Source of the DNA: Octopus sinensis
Lineage: Eukaryota
DNA: 64,000 bases
NCBI RefSeq assembly: GCF_006345805.1
Contig: NC_043003.1
Coordinates: 114,700,001 to 114,764,000 of the forward strand
Direction: 5' to 3'
How positions within the stretch are numbered: the first letter of the stretch is position 1; every line of letters starts with the position of its first letter. The position numbers and the translations under genes are program-made. Below the pieces are notes generated by a model. It was not told the DNA's origin. It saw only the letters and a program-made list of their open reading frames with translations, and made no database searches. Below are positions 51,935 to 64,000 of this stretch, piece after piece.

Positions 51935-51972
51935 TCTTTAACGTTTCGAGCCTACGCTCTTCAACAGAAAGA
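51935..51972 (-). ncRNA. Minimal PLE-type hammerhead motif in the 3' pLTR (A6 to U variant)
   Basis: TCTTT-CTGTTGA-A-GAGC(GTAG)GCTC-GAA-ACGT-T-AAAGA. Confidence 0.6.
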
Positions 51973-52142
51973 TACACAGAGAGAAAAAAAACACAGAAAG
52001 GAGAGAAAAAAAATGCGTGCAGTAGCTAACGAATCAACATGGCGATCTGATTTCGGCCAGAGGTCAAAGATCAAACATGAGACGCGAGAGCGAAATAAGG
52101 GGAGATAATAGGGTTGATAATAGGGTTGAAGGACCAGCTAAT

Positions 52143-52482
52143 AGTGCGTAGGAGGGGTCTGGACGTGTGTATGTATAGGGTTGGTGTATGTATTAGTATG
52201 TATAAGGGTGTCTGTGTGTGTGTGTGTGTGTGTATGAGAGAGTATTAGTGCGTAGGATTGGTCTGGACGTGCGTATGTATGGGGTTGGTGTATGTATTAG
52301 TATGTATTAGTATGTATTAGTACGTATTAGTATGTATAAGTGTGTGTGTGTGTGTGTGTGAGAGAGTATAAGTGCGTATGAGAGGTCTGGACGTGTGTAT
52401 GTATAGGGTTGGTGTATGTATTAGTATGTATTAGTATGTATTAGTACGTATTAGTATGTATTAGTTGGTGTATGTATTAGTA
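52143..52482. repeat. Three-unit tandem repeat (about 105-125 bp) with expanding GTATTAGTAT sub-repeats
   Basis: Units start AGTGCGTA at 52143, 52247 and 52371. Confidence 0.85.
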
Positions 52483-52877
52483 TGGCACATCATATATGAT
52501 GTGATGTGTAAAGTCGTGTGGTGTAGTGAGGAGAAGAGGGGGAGCGGGAGAAGGGGGGAAGAAGAGGGGGGGAGAGGGGGAAGTGGAGAGGAGGTGGAGA
52601 AGGAGGAGAAGGAATGGGATGAGGGGGAGGAAGGAGGAAATAGGGAGAGGGGGGAGAGAGAAGGGGAGTGGAGGGAGTGAGGGAGCAGAGGGAGGGGAAG
52701 AGGGAAGAGGAGGGAGAAAGAGGGAAGAAGGGAAGGGGAGTAGGGGTGAAAGGATGAAGGACTGAAGAAGTAGGGGTCGGGGGGAAAGGATAGGTGAGGA
52801 GGGGGGAGAGGGGTTTAGAGGATGAGGAGGGGGGAGAGAGTTGAGACCAAATGGCGTATAAGAGCGAAGAGAGAAGA

Positions 52878-55366
52878 TTAAATCTGTTCACGGCGCAAAC
52901 GGGAATCCGGATGGCCTCTGTGTAAGGACAAACCGAACACAGATAGGTGTTGCAAGGAGTGACCGGTGGAGCGGAAATGGCGTGAGACCGGTATGTCGTT
53001 CGCGAGGTGGATGTCACGAAGGTGTTCCGCGAACCGGTCAGCCAAGCGGCGTCCCGTTTGTCCGATGTACAAGGAATTGCAGAGAGAGCAAGAGATGCAA
53101 TAGATAATATTGCTGGAGGTGCAGGTGAAGGAGTGGATGATGGGATAGGGTTGATGGTGGGTGCTAGTGAGGCGGGTGGTGTTGGAGAGGTAAGGGCAAG
53201 TGCGGCACCGTGGGCGGGAGCAGGGGAACGAGCCGGGTTGGGAGGTAGGGTCAGGGAAGGAGCTATGGACCAAAAGGTCTCGAAGGTTGTGGGCTCGTTT
53301 GAAAGAGGGGAGGGGTCGGTTAGGGAAGAGGTGTGAAGTGGACGGGTCGGGCTGGAGATGACGGAAAGCTCGAAGAATGGTGCGTTGGAGACGTAGGGTC
53401 GTGGGGTGGTAAGTGGGGGGGGGGAAAAGGGAGGCGGGAGACTACAGGGCGGGTTCGGGGAGAGAGAGCAGATACACGGTCCACGGACCGTGCTCTGGCA
53501 AGGGCGGTGTGGATAGTGGTGAGGGGGTATCCACGTAGGGTGAAGTGGTGAGCCATACGTTGAGACTGAGTCTCAAAGTCATGGTCGTCACTACAGAGCC
53601 TACGTAGACGGAGGAATTGGGAATAGGGGATGGAAAGCTTGGTGTGTGTGTTCTGGGTGGGAGGAAGAGAAGTTGAGGTATGAGTGTGAGTCGGTGTGTT
53701 TGTAGTGAATGGAGGTGGTAAGAGTGGAGTGAAGAATGCTAACCGAAATGTCGAGGAAGGAGACAGAGGTGTTGGAGATAGTGGAAGTGAAGTGGAGGGC
53801 TGGATGGAAAGATTGGACGAAAGAGAGGAAGGAATCTAGATGTTCGCGGGAGAGTGAGGTGGCACCGATAATGTCGTCGATGTATAACGACCATATAGTT
53901 CAGGAGTGGGACCAGTGAAATTAGAGAATATTTGGGCCTCAACATAGCCAACGAACAGGTTCGCATAGTTGGGGCCCATTCGCGTTCCCATGGCCACTCC
54001 CGAGATCTGATAGTAGAACTCGCCCGCGAACGAGAAGCAGTTCAGAGTAAGGACAAGTTCGGCCAGACGAATGAGTGTGGAGGTGTCAGGTACGGGTTAG
54101 AGCGGAGGTCAAGAAAGTGTCGAAGGGCCTGCAGTCCTTCGTGGTGAGGGATAACAGTATAGAGGCTTTGGATGTCCATAGTAAAAAGGATTTTGGAGGA
54201 GCCGGGAGGAAAGGAGAAAGAGTTGAAAAGCCGGAGAGCATGGTTGGTATCGTGGATGTGGGAGGGAAGAGATGCCACTAGGGGGGCAAGGACACGGTCG
54301 AGGTATTTAGAGATGAGCTCCGTGGGGCAGTTACAGGCGGAGACGATGGGGCGGCCAGGGTTGTTGGGTTTGTGGATTTTGGGGAGGAAGTAAATGGTGG
54401 GGGTACGTGGGGTTCGCACAATTAGGTTGGATGCGGTGCGGGGGAGACGGGAGGACGAGATGAGGTCGTGGACAGTAGAGGATACCGTTGTTGGTAGCTA
54501 CGTGTGGGGTTAGAGGGCAGAGGGGAATAGAAGGAGGTGTCATTGAGTTGGCGGAAAGCCTCGGCCCTATAGAGGTCCGCGCGCCACACCACTACAGCTC
54601 CACCCTTGTCAGCCGGTTTGATGATAATGTCAGCGCGCCGTTGGAGGGAACGAAGAGCCAAGAGCTCAGCCGGGGAGATGTTGAGGCGGCGTTGGCGCCT
54701 GGAGAAGTTGAACCGCTCCAATGCACGCTGACAAGCGCCCGCGAAAAGATCCACTGCTAGGATCTGGCCAGGGCAGGCGTCCACGGGGATGGTCGGCGGC
54801 CCAGGCCAGTGAAGCAGGTCCTCTTCGTTGGGTGTGGGTGGCGAGTCGTGGTAATGCGCCCCCAACCGGACACGGCGCACAAAGCTGTGGACATCAACTC
54901 GCGTCTGGAATTCCTTACAGGATGGAGTGAGGGGTATGAAACGCAGACCCCTACCAAGGACGGAGCGTTCAGCCGCAGAGAGGGGAAGATCGGGGGGAAT
55001 GGTAACAACAGACGGAAGTGGAGAAGGTGGAGAAAGCAGGAGGAAGAAGGCGGTTGATGGCATGTAGTTTGGAGAGATTGGAGCGAATGGGGCCCGCATA
55101 AGGCGGGGTAAGATGTGGTGCGGAGTATGGGTAAGATGGAAGAATCCGAGTGGAGAGCAGGGTGGAAGTGAGGCGGAAACCTTTAGGGATGAGTGGTGAT
55201 GTAGCAGCGGCTTAGGAAAGAGACATGGCTAGAGAAGCGGGTTTTTTTTAAAAAGAAGTAGAGAGAGAGAGATTAACGGACGCTGAAGGCAATATACAGG
55301 AAGCGAACGGAGATGATCCTTCAAACGGTGATGGAGGGTGAGGAGGTAGGACCTAGGATCCGGCAT
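52878..55366 (-). pseudogene. Penelope-like RT / GIY-YIG endonuclease ORF, multiple frameshifts
   Basis: IIIKPADKGGAVVVW, YFLPKIHKPNNPGRPIVS, LFTMDIQSLYTVIPH, GVAMGTRMGPNYANLF, GRY-IDD (frameshifted), SQFLRLRRLCS, linker CSRPRCRTC, and IIYCISC..LYIGQTGRRLADRFAEH. Confidence 0.9.
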
Positions 55367-55884
55367 GATGGGATAGCGGAAAAAAAAACGTTCGAAAAAA
55401 CAAAAAAAACAAAAAAAACAAAAATTATCGTATGAAAAAATAGAAAAAAAGGATAGCGAAAAAAGGGGAAAAACAAACGTTCAAAAAACAAAAAAATAAT
55501 AATCGTATGAAAAAACTAGATAAGTAAGCGATAGGGGCAGAAAGAAAAGACGGGGCAAACGGAAAAGGGAAAGAAAGAGGGAAGCAGAGAGAGGGGGAGG
55601 CAAAAAAAGGGGGGTGCAGGCAGAGGAAACGGAGTATGGACATCCAGAGAGGAAGAAAGACGGAAAGGAGAACAAAAATGCAGGAAATGTTGGAAGCATG
55701 AAACGAATGTAAAAAAAGTGGGTATATAAGAGAAAATAAAAATACAACAAACGGGACAGTTTATGCGAACAAGTTCAAGGTTGAAAGTTCAAGGTGAGAA
55801 ATATGTAGACGTCGTGGTATATTTTTTAAGGATTTCACATCAATGCAAAGTCACTTTGATCCATATACATATATATATATATGA

Positions 55885-56060
55885 TAGATCGGTAGCCACT
55901 ACACACATTTTTTCTCTCCTTGTTTCTTTCTGCGTTCCTTTCTGAAGAAGAGCGTAGGCTCGAAACGTAAAAGACCTTTTGAATTCCTGAGCGTTATACT
56001 AATACATCTGTTTGTTTTCTACACGACCTGTCTTCGTCTTTTGTTGTTGTTTTTTCGGGA
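55885..56060 (+). mobile_element. pLTR-like repeat, inverted relative to the Penelope element
   Basis: Similar to the reverse complement of 51835-52040. Confidence 0.75.
55938..55973 (+). ncRNA. Minimal PLE-type hammerhead with intact core
   Basis: CTTT-CTGAAGA-A-GAGC(GTAG)GCTC-GAA-ACGT-A-AAAG: canonical CUGANGA, palindromic ACGU, GUA triplet. Confidence 0.7.
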
Positions 56061-56061
56061 G

Positions 56062-56136
<75 letters not shown>

Positions 56137-56879
56137 GCATACATACATCTATTTATGAAGAATTTCTATAAATGCGTGGGTGCTTTGCGGAAAGGACTGT
56201 TTCGGCGAGGTCGCGTCTTATCCTTGCCTTCGGGCACGGAGTAGATGAAACAGGGACAGCTAAAGAAGGGGAATATTCTATATGATGTATGTCTCGTTTC
56301 TATGTATTGGTTTTTATGTTTTCGTTTCTCATTGTGTTTAAGGTTTTTTTTATGTCCTGTACCCATATATGCATGTATATATACACATGTGTAGGTATGT
56401 CCATATATGTATGTATATATGCATATATCTATATATTATTTATATTAATATATAATATATACCTTTTAGTAGAATTAGGGGGACAAGGATGTCGAGGTTT
56501 CCGCAAGCCAGCATCCGTCAGACTATCTGATGAAGACTGAGAGACCGAAATTTCGAAGTCACTTCTCTTCTTCATACAACCGGTCTCTGTCATACTTTAT
56601 GACAGTTGTTCATAAAGCAATTAATCATCTCAGTTGCTTCCACAACGTCCACATCTACCCTGACTTCATACTTTACTCACTACCCATAATATACCCCACG
56701 TCCTACTCTGCACCCATTTCCAAGCATCATGCAGGCTGTCAACCTCGTGAAGAATGGAACTGTCAGGGACCCCTTATACCCTATTGGAGTAGCCACTTAA
56801 ATTAATTAAATCTTTCATATTCGGACATTTTATTTTTGTTTAGATATGTGTATTCATCTTTGGACTTTGTATTTGTAAA

Positions 56880-56929
<50 letters not shown>

Positions 56930-56948
56930 CGTATATATATATATGTAT

Positions 56949-56979
<31 letters not shown>

Positions 56980-57122
56980 CACACATATATATACACACAC
57001 ACATATATATATACAACACACATATACACACACACATACATATTATATATACACACATATATATATATATATATATAATATATATATATATATACACATA
57101 TATATAGATATAAATGTATATA

Positions 57123-57165
<43 letters not shown>

Positions 57166-57300
57166 ACTGTATATACCATATATATATACATACATAACTG
57201 TATATACCATATATATATATGTACATACATAACTGTATATACCATATATATACATAACCGTATATACCACACACACATATGTGTGTGCGTGTGTGAGTGT
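56880..57300. repeat. Compound (TA)n/(CA)n tract with short repeated ATAACTGTATATACCATAT units
   Basis: Directly visible. Confidence 0.9.
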
Positions 57301-58074
57301 GTATGAATGTATGTTTTTATATGTTCAGGTTCCCTTCTTCGCACGTGATTTCCTCCCGATATTCCTGAGTGTTCGTGGATTTAGAGGTGTTTCACTCTAT
57401 CGCAGAGAACTAAAGCATTAGTAAATTCATAAAAAAAATTACTACGTGTCACAAGAAGTTTACTTACATTTAAATCTCCTAATGTACAGTGGTAGTCATC
57501 GTTGGTTACATAGGAGGACGGCGGGGTGGAGAGGGAGCTTTCAACATTTTGCATTCAGCTCGGAGTATTCACATATAAATACATTTAAAAGGATATCGAT
57601 ACGATGCTCAAAATATGGATGTTTACAATATCTTATACGCACACAGACACACACACGCATATACAAACACACACACGCACACACAGAAGACGTTCGAGCA
57701 CATATAGTGTGATTTAGAATCCATTTAAATTTTAAATAAAATATATTTTATTTAGTTATAAATTCCTTTAAATATGTTTAATATTATCTTAGCTATTTTT
57801 TGATTTGTTTCTATCTATCTATCTATCGACCGATCCATCCATCTGTCAGTCTTTCTGTTTGTCCATCTATCTATCGATCGATCTATCAGTATTTCTGTCT
57901 ATAGATCTATCTGTCAATCTGTCTGTCTATCCATCTATCGATCTATCTATATATCTGTCCCTCTATGTATCTCTCTATGTCTCTTTCTGTCTATCTCTCT
58001 GTCTAACTGTCTCTCTATCTATCCATGTCTTATACATAATATATGAGAACAAATATTTTAAGTACTACTAGTGG

Positions 58075-58880
58075 CCCTAACTTTAAATATGCTCACTTTT
58101 TCGCCCCCCAAATGCAAGCTTCGAATCTAACGCAGACCGCGCAAACGCTTACCATTTTCGTTGCTTTAGATGCGAACCACATTGATTCTGCGAGTGGTAG
58201 CCTTCCTTAAATGTCGCCAGGTCCCTCGTGTTTCAGGTCCTTCGAAATATTTTCGAAGGTCAGACATTTTCAGGAAAGTGAAGTTTGTCCAGAGCGTGCT
58301 GGGCATCTTTGATGAAAATCCTGGTAAGTTAATGATGGCCATTGCCAATTATCTCTATGTATCTGAGTCAGCGGTTAGAAGCATAGAAGCACGAAGATAT
58401 CAGGCACACGTCCAATATCATGAGGACAGTATGTGACCGATAAAATCCGAGAATTCCATGCGATCCAGTCGAAGCGCGTGCTGAATAAACCGCAGCACCC
58501 CGAAGAGTTGGATTTGGTCTGGATATTCTCAGATGAGAAGTTTGTCCAAGATCAAAACATGAACAGGAGGAAAGACATATGGCTTTGTGCCAGTTTCACT
58601 GAAGTTTCTAATCTTATGCCCTTCAAGTTACCATCGTTTATGATGATCTTTGTAGCCGTGAGCAATGAGGACCCCTCGCTTTTCCCCCGTAAGGCTTTAG
58701 GGTCATTGCGGTAGCTTATATCGAGACAAAGGAAACTGTTGTTACGCCCTGGATCAAGAAAGATGTTCAGGGGCAGAATGTATGTTGTCCAGCAAGACCC
58801 TTTTCCTCACACAGACTACACGACTCAGCACGTACGAAATTTGTCATGGATATGTTACACTTGGCCTTCTAGCTCTCCAA
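58075..58880 (+). mobile_element. Highly decayed DD37D/maT-like transposase
   Basis: LVWIFSDEKFVQDQNMNRRKDIWLC..FMMIFVAVSNE..GRMYVVQQD..YTWPSSSP. Confidence 0.7.
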
Positions 58881-59019
58881 GTGTAAACCACGCATACGCA
58901 CGCACACACGCGCACACACATGCCCCCACCACAATTTTCGGTCGCTTGCCAGCTGTCTGTCTGTCTGTCAGTCTCTCTGTTTCCTTCAGCAACGATGCAG
59001 AGCGGGAAACGTGTCCCGA

Positions 59020-59206
59020 TGAAATTTTCTTATCAAAACCTGATGATTTCTACCATCAAGTCATTCACAATTTAATGGAACGTTGGCAACAAGTCGAGGA
59101 CAATAATCGAGAATATTTTCTTAACTCATTTGTTAAAATTACCAACGAAAAATAAGGATTAAGATGAATGGAAATTAACGGATGAATTCGTTGGAAAACC
59201 CAATCT
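59020..59206 (+). mobile_element. mariner transposase 3' end with TIR remnant
   Basis: SKPDDFYHQVIHNLMERWQQVEDNNREYF resembles mariner C-termini; ends ..TTGGAAAACCCAAT. Confidence 0.6.
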
Positions 59207-59319
59207 TTGTGCAATATTTGCATATCTGTGTAATATTGGTCAATTCTGGTGTTTTAGGTTATCCTGACATTGCTGTTCCCATCACATCTGCACCTGTCAA
59301 TCCTTCTATCTATCTCCCC

Positions 59320-59352
<33 letters not shown>

Positions 59353-59369
59353 CTCACCATGATCATCGT

Positions 59370-59577
59370 GACCGACCAGGCTATCAGATGTTGGTACACA
59401 TCACTGGTCACAATGGTGCTTCGCATTGTATTAACCTTCAAATGACGCCACCCCGCTGGCTAAGCGAGCAGGCCAACAGAAGAAAGAGCGAGAGAAAGTT
59501 GTGGCGAAGGAGTACAACAGGGACCGCCACCGCCCCTGCCGGAGCCTCGTGGAGCTTTAGGTGTTTTCGCTCAATAA
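59370..59577 (-). mobile_element. SINE family C, 5' truncated
   Basis: Reverse complement of 45490-45697. Confidence 0.85.
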
Positions 59578-59637
<60 letters not shown>

Positions 59638-60792
59638 CAGGGTGAATACTTGATAACTGTAAGCACCTGTATATGCCAATATGTATACACAAACACGCAC
59701 GCACGCAGACACACGTATAATTTCGGTTCCGTCTCGCCGGGGTTTCTATATTTCGGTTCATTGTTTTCGCCGTTCATATTTTGTTTTCCATTTACATCAT
59801 TTTCTTTGTTTCATTTTCACCTGCAACACATACATTCCGTCTTTGTCTGTCCGTCTGTCTCTTTTCTCTCTGTTTTTCCTTCCCTTTCCTCTCTTATCTT
59901 TTTCTCTCCTTAATTTTGTTCTGTTTTTCTTATTTGATTAAATTGTTTATTCTATTCACTTTTTCTTTCTTTTCCTCTCACCGTCTCGTATTTCTCGGTC
60001 AACTCAATTTTTGTACTTTCGCATGCAATATATCTTTTCCCTCAGACATATTCTCTCTAACTCTTCCCTCTCTGTCTTTCTCCCTTTCTCTCTCTCTCTT
60101 CATCTCTCTTCCTCTACCTATCTCCGCCCTCTCTCTCTCCCCTCTTTCTCTCTTTCTCTCTCTCTCTCCCTCCATTGAATATTATATATTGTGCCTTTAG
60201 TTAATTCCGTTTCCTCTGTGTTTTACTCTTCCTTTTTACTCAGCATCATTAAATTTTTCCCTTTAAAGAACATTTAGAAAAATATTTGACAAAGAATCAA
60301 AGAAGCGAACCTTTTTATTCTCCCATTGTTACTCCCAACTCTCCGTTGGCAGGACACCAAATTCTCAAAGATTCTTTACCTTAGTAAATTCAAGAGAATT
60401 GATATGATACCTTCCATGAAATCTCTGTAAACTAACAAAGGTTTATTCGATGTCTTCTGTGGAATTGTATCAAGAAGGAAAGCTGTGGTGGATGAGGTGA
60501 ATTAAAGCTTTAATTTCGGGAGACTATTTGATAAATACTGATGTGAATGCTGAATAACTGCCATCTAAATCAATCCGACTGGAAGAAAGTTAAAAAGTAT
60601 TGATGTAGTGAAGGCCTACATCAGACCTGAATTGAGAGAACTTGGGATAAGATGTGTTCCAATCACACGCGTCTCTTTTCCGTAGAAGCTCAGAAACACG
60701 TTAACCAGAGGGTGCTTTTTGAGACGACGGGAATGTGATTTCAGGGAGATTTGGCTACTCTTTCTAGTGGGTCAACTGATCGCGTACAAATT

Positions 60793-61210
60793 CCTATTTC
60801 TTTACTGCCCACAAGGGGCTACACACAGAGGGGACAAATAAGGAGAGACAAACGGATTAAGTCGATTACATCGACCCCAGTGCGTAACTGGTACTTATTT
60901 AATCGACCCCGAAAGGATGAAAGGCAAAGTCGACCTAGGCGGAATTTGAACTTAGAACGTAGCGACAGACGAAATACTTATTTCTTTACTACCCACAAGG
61001 GGCTAAACACAGAGAGGACAAACAAGGACAGACAAACGGAATAAGTCGTTTATATCGACCCCAGTGCGTAACTGGTACTTAATTTTTCGACCCCGAAAGG
61101 ATGAAAGGCAAAGTCGACCTCGGCGGAATTTGAACTCAGAATGTAACGGCAGACAAAATACGGCTATGCATTTCGCCGGGCGTGCTAACGTTTCTGCCAG
61201 CTCGCTGCCT
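60793..61210 (-). mobile_element. Two tandem SINE family A copies
   Basis: 60793-60977 (5' truncated) and 60978-61210. Confidence 0.88.
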
Positions 61211-61809
61211 CGTATCGAATATTATATAGTTAAGTCATCAAGTTCTGAAATGCGTCTTGACAGATCACTGCTGTGTACGCTTCTTCATTTAAAATGTCAA
61301 TGTTGTGAAGGCGCTTTCTCGCAGTGATTATCACTTTAATATTATTAAGCGATGTTATAAAGTTTTCCCAACTTTTGTTGTAACAGGAATTTTCTTTTCT
61401 AATGCATCTGGTGTCGCTGAAATACCGATATCATTTCTAACATGTGACCCGCCTTGACGAATAACAGCCCATGTTCGAGTAACTATCTCGAACTTCCAGT
61501 GTTTCTTCATTCGGTAATCTGAGCCTGAAAGAGCGGGGTTCCTGTTAGAAGCGTGCGTAGCTTGAAGCCGCATGGAGCCGAAGCAAACTGCTTTTGATAA
61601 TATTAAATACATAAATAATAATATATGTATGCATGTATACAAACACCATAATTCATATTTCTTAAGAGGCTAGGGCAAAAGACGCAGGCCTAAGGTGCGA
61701 CAGAAAGGAATGGAGCTTGGAACCACGCATACACTACACGAAATACCTAATCAATGAACATATTTCAAATGTGAATATACAGATTTCACCTTACAAGAAT
61801 ATATAAGAA

Positions 61810-61818
61810 TATATCATA

Positions 61819-61864
<46 letters not shown>

Positions 61865-61957
61865 GATACATATATACGCATTTAATTTGTCTGCATAAGA
61901 TGGAGTGTGACTAGAAGGTAAAATAACTTCATAAACAAATACAAGATTATATATATT

Positions 61958-61995
<38 letters not shown>

Positions 61996-62045
61996 ACATA
62001 TACACATCCAAATATGTATATGAAAACGTCCATATATGTTGTATA

Positions 62046-62076
<31 letters not shown>

Positions 62077-62681
62077 AGTATGTATGTGTATGTGTGTGTG
62101 TGTGTGTGTGCGTGCGTAGGCATATATGTAATGTCTGCGTATGTGCATGTATGGTGTGTGTGTGTGTGTGCGTACAACATGCCCTATTCAAACTTTTGCT
62201 ATAGACTGCCAATATGAACAAGTAATACTAATTCGGCTTGCGTTTAGTAATTACATTATTACTAACGAAAAGCTGAAGGCGTAACATCTGTGTATTTACA
62301 CCAACTGTGATGGTAGTTTACACATACACACAGCAGACATCTACGTGAGGAGATATACACTCGCTCACACTTTAAACCTAAGTACATAAGTTTTTGCTGT
62401 TGTTGTTGTTGTTGAATATATTCATTTTAAAAACACGTGCGTTTGCAATCACATAAAAACATTCGTACATATATTTATGAGTGTGTTTGTGTGTCTATGT
62501 GTATTTATGCATATATATATATGTATATATATATGTGAGTATATATATGTATATATATGTGTGTGCATATATATATATATATATATGTGTGTGTATGTAT
62601 ATATATACGTATATATATATATATATATAATATATATGTTGTGTGTGTATGTATATATATATGTGTGTGTGTGTATGTATA

Positions 62682-62731
<50 letters not shown>

Positions 62732-62964
62732 TATGTATTACATAAATGTGCATAAATACATATAGACACACAAACACACACTCATATATATATACGTACA
62801 TGCATAGACATGTGTATGTATCTATGTATGCACAAAGGCATAACACACAATACTCAAACACATACATATTCACAGAAGCGACACGAATACATACGCATCT
62901 CATATATACAACTGCAAAACCATTCACATGTGCGCGTGCGTTGTGTGTGTATGTGTGTGCGTGC

Positions 62965-62995
<31 letters not shown>

Positions 62996-63040
62996 TTAAA
63001 TATATATAATATATATATATATATTATATATATATATATC
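61810..63040. repeat. Extended (TA)n/(TG)n/(CA)n microsatellite field
   Basis: Directly visible. Confidence 0.85.
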
Positions 63041-63566
63041 ACACACAAAGATAGATAATTTATTTCATATCGGCTCATATTTACATATATCTGAAAATAA
63101 TAATAATAATAATAATGATAAAGCAACACAAAATACTAGTTACTTCCAATTCAAGATAACAAGTCAAATTTCGCTTAATTCCCCACAGGTCTCTCCAGCA
63201 GTTTCGGAAAAAATGTTTAAATATTCATTCAGAGTGTTTGGTGTCAGTTTTGTATATAGATATAATTATCTGCAGCCACGTGGGGGTCTGTTAATAGAGA
63301 TTAATGTTAATCTTGCAAAATTGACATTTTTCAAACCAATTCATTATCTGGACTCCAAGTCATAAGTATGGAGAAACGTTCAACTTTATACATTCATATA
63401 AGGGGGAGGGGGTACAAACAACACATATATATATATATATATATATAAATGTGTGTATATAAATGTACATATATATATACGTACTTATATACATATACTT
63501 ATATGTACATTTATTTACACATATATAATATACATATATATATACATATTTATACATATATATATG

Positions 63567-63618
<52 letters not shown>

Positions 63619-63649
63619 ATATATATAATATATATACATATATTATATA

Positions 63650-63810
63650 TAAAGGGAAAGTTTACGAAAATAATCAAAAGATGAAGGCAGGTGGTGTAAA
63701 AACAAACAAATGTATTAGTATTGCGCTCAGGAATAGAACAAGTCTTTTACGTTTCGATCCTACGCTCTTCGACAGAAAGATACACAGAAAAAAAACAAGG
63801 AGAGGAAAAA
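63650..63810 (-). mobile_element. Solo pLTR-like repeat with minimal HHR motif (63743-63780)
   Basis: Minus: TCTTT-CTGTCGA-A-GAGC(GTAG)GATC-GAA-ACGT-A-AAAGA; 3' end abuts (TA)n; homologous to 51835-52040. Confidence 0.75.
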
Positions 63811-64000
63811 GTGCTATACATACATATGTACATACCTATATATATATAAACTTCTATATACTTATATACGCACATATATACCTATATATAAACTTATACT
63901 TACATATATTTACATTTATACACATATATATGTATGGAGTTTATAACGAGCAAACTAACAAGGAGTACTCAATACATGTACTAAAGGATTTGTATTGTGT

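Larger units (their letters stand above)
51835..55700 (-). mobile_element. Penelope-like element (probably Neptune-type), near full length, with 3' pLTR
   Basis: RT plus C-terminal GIY-YIG ORF; 3' UTR ends in an HHR-containing repeat abutting (TA)n at 51817-51836. The 5' boundary is approximate. Confidence 0.9.

Noticed and set aside
53007-54930. Plus-strand ORFs overlapping the Penelope element
   Set aside because: Antisense frames of the GC-rich RT/GIY-YIG coding region.

Overview
Eukaryotic, AT-rich, repeat-saturated DNA with no confidently identifiable host gene, rRNA, intact tRNA or CRISPR array. The very high microsatellite density and the tRNA-derived SINE families point to a coleoid cephalopod, most likely Octopus (inference from sequence recognition, no search run). 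Most ORFs in the track are translations of microsatellites or antisense frames of retroelements. Recognisable content: a near full-length but frameshifted Penelope-like element (RT plus GIY-YIG, minus strand, about 51.8-55.7 kb); fragments of CR1/L2-type, L1/Tx1-type and restriction-like-endonuclease (REL) LINEs; three decayed DD37D/maT-like Tc1-mariner copies; two copies of a MITE with GGATC termini and 8-bp target-site duplications; and at least four SINE families. The most interesting signal is non-coding. I found 11 hammerhead-ribozyme (HHR)-like motifs in several architectures, two of which (9396-9452 plus, 48441-48529 minus) keep the full catalytic core. There are also four long fold-back inverted repeats, two carrying an HHR motif and one whose inverted arm starts next to the predicted cleavage site, and polarised stacks of retroposons nested in (AAT)n tracts. 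All structures were paired by eye and element boundaries are approximate.
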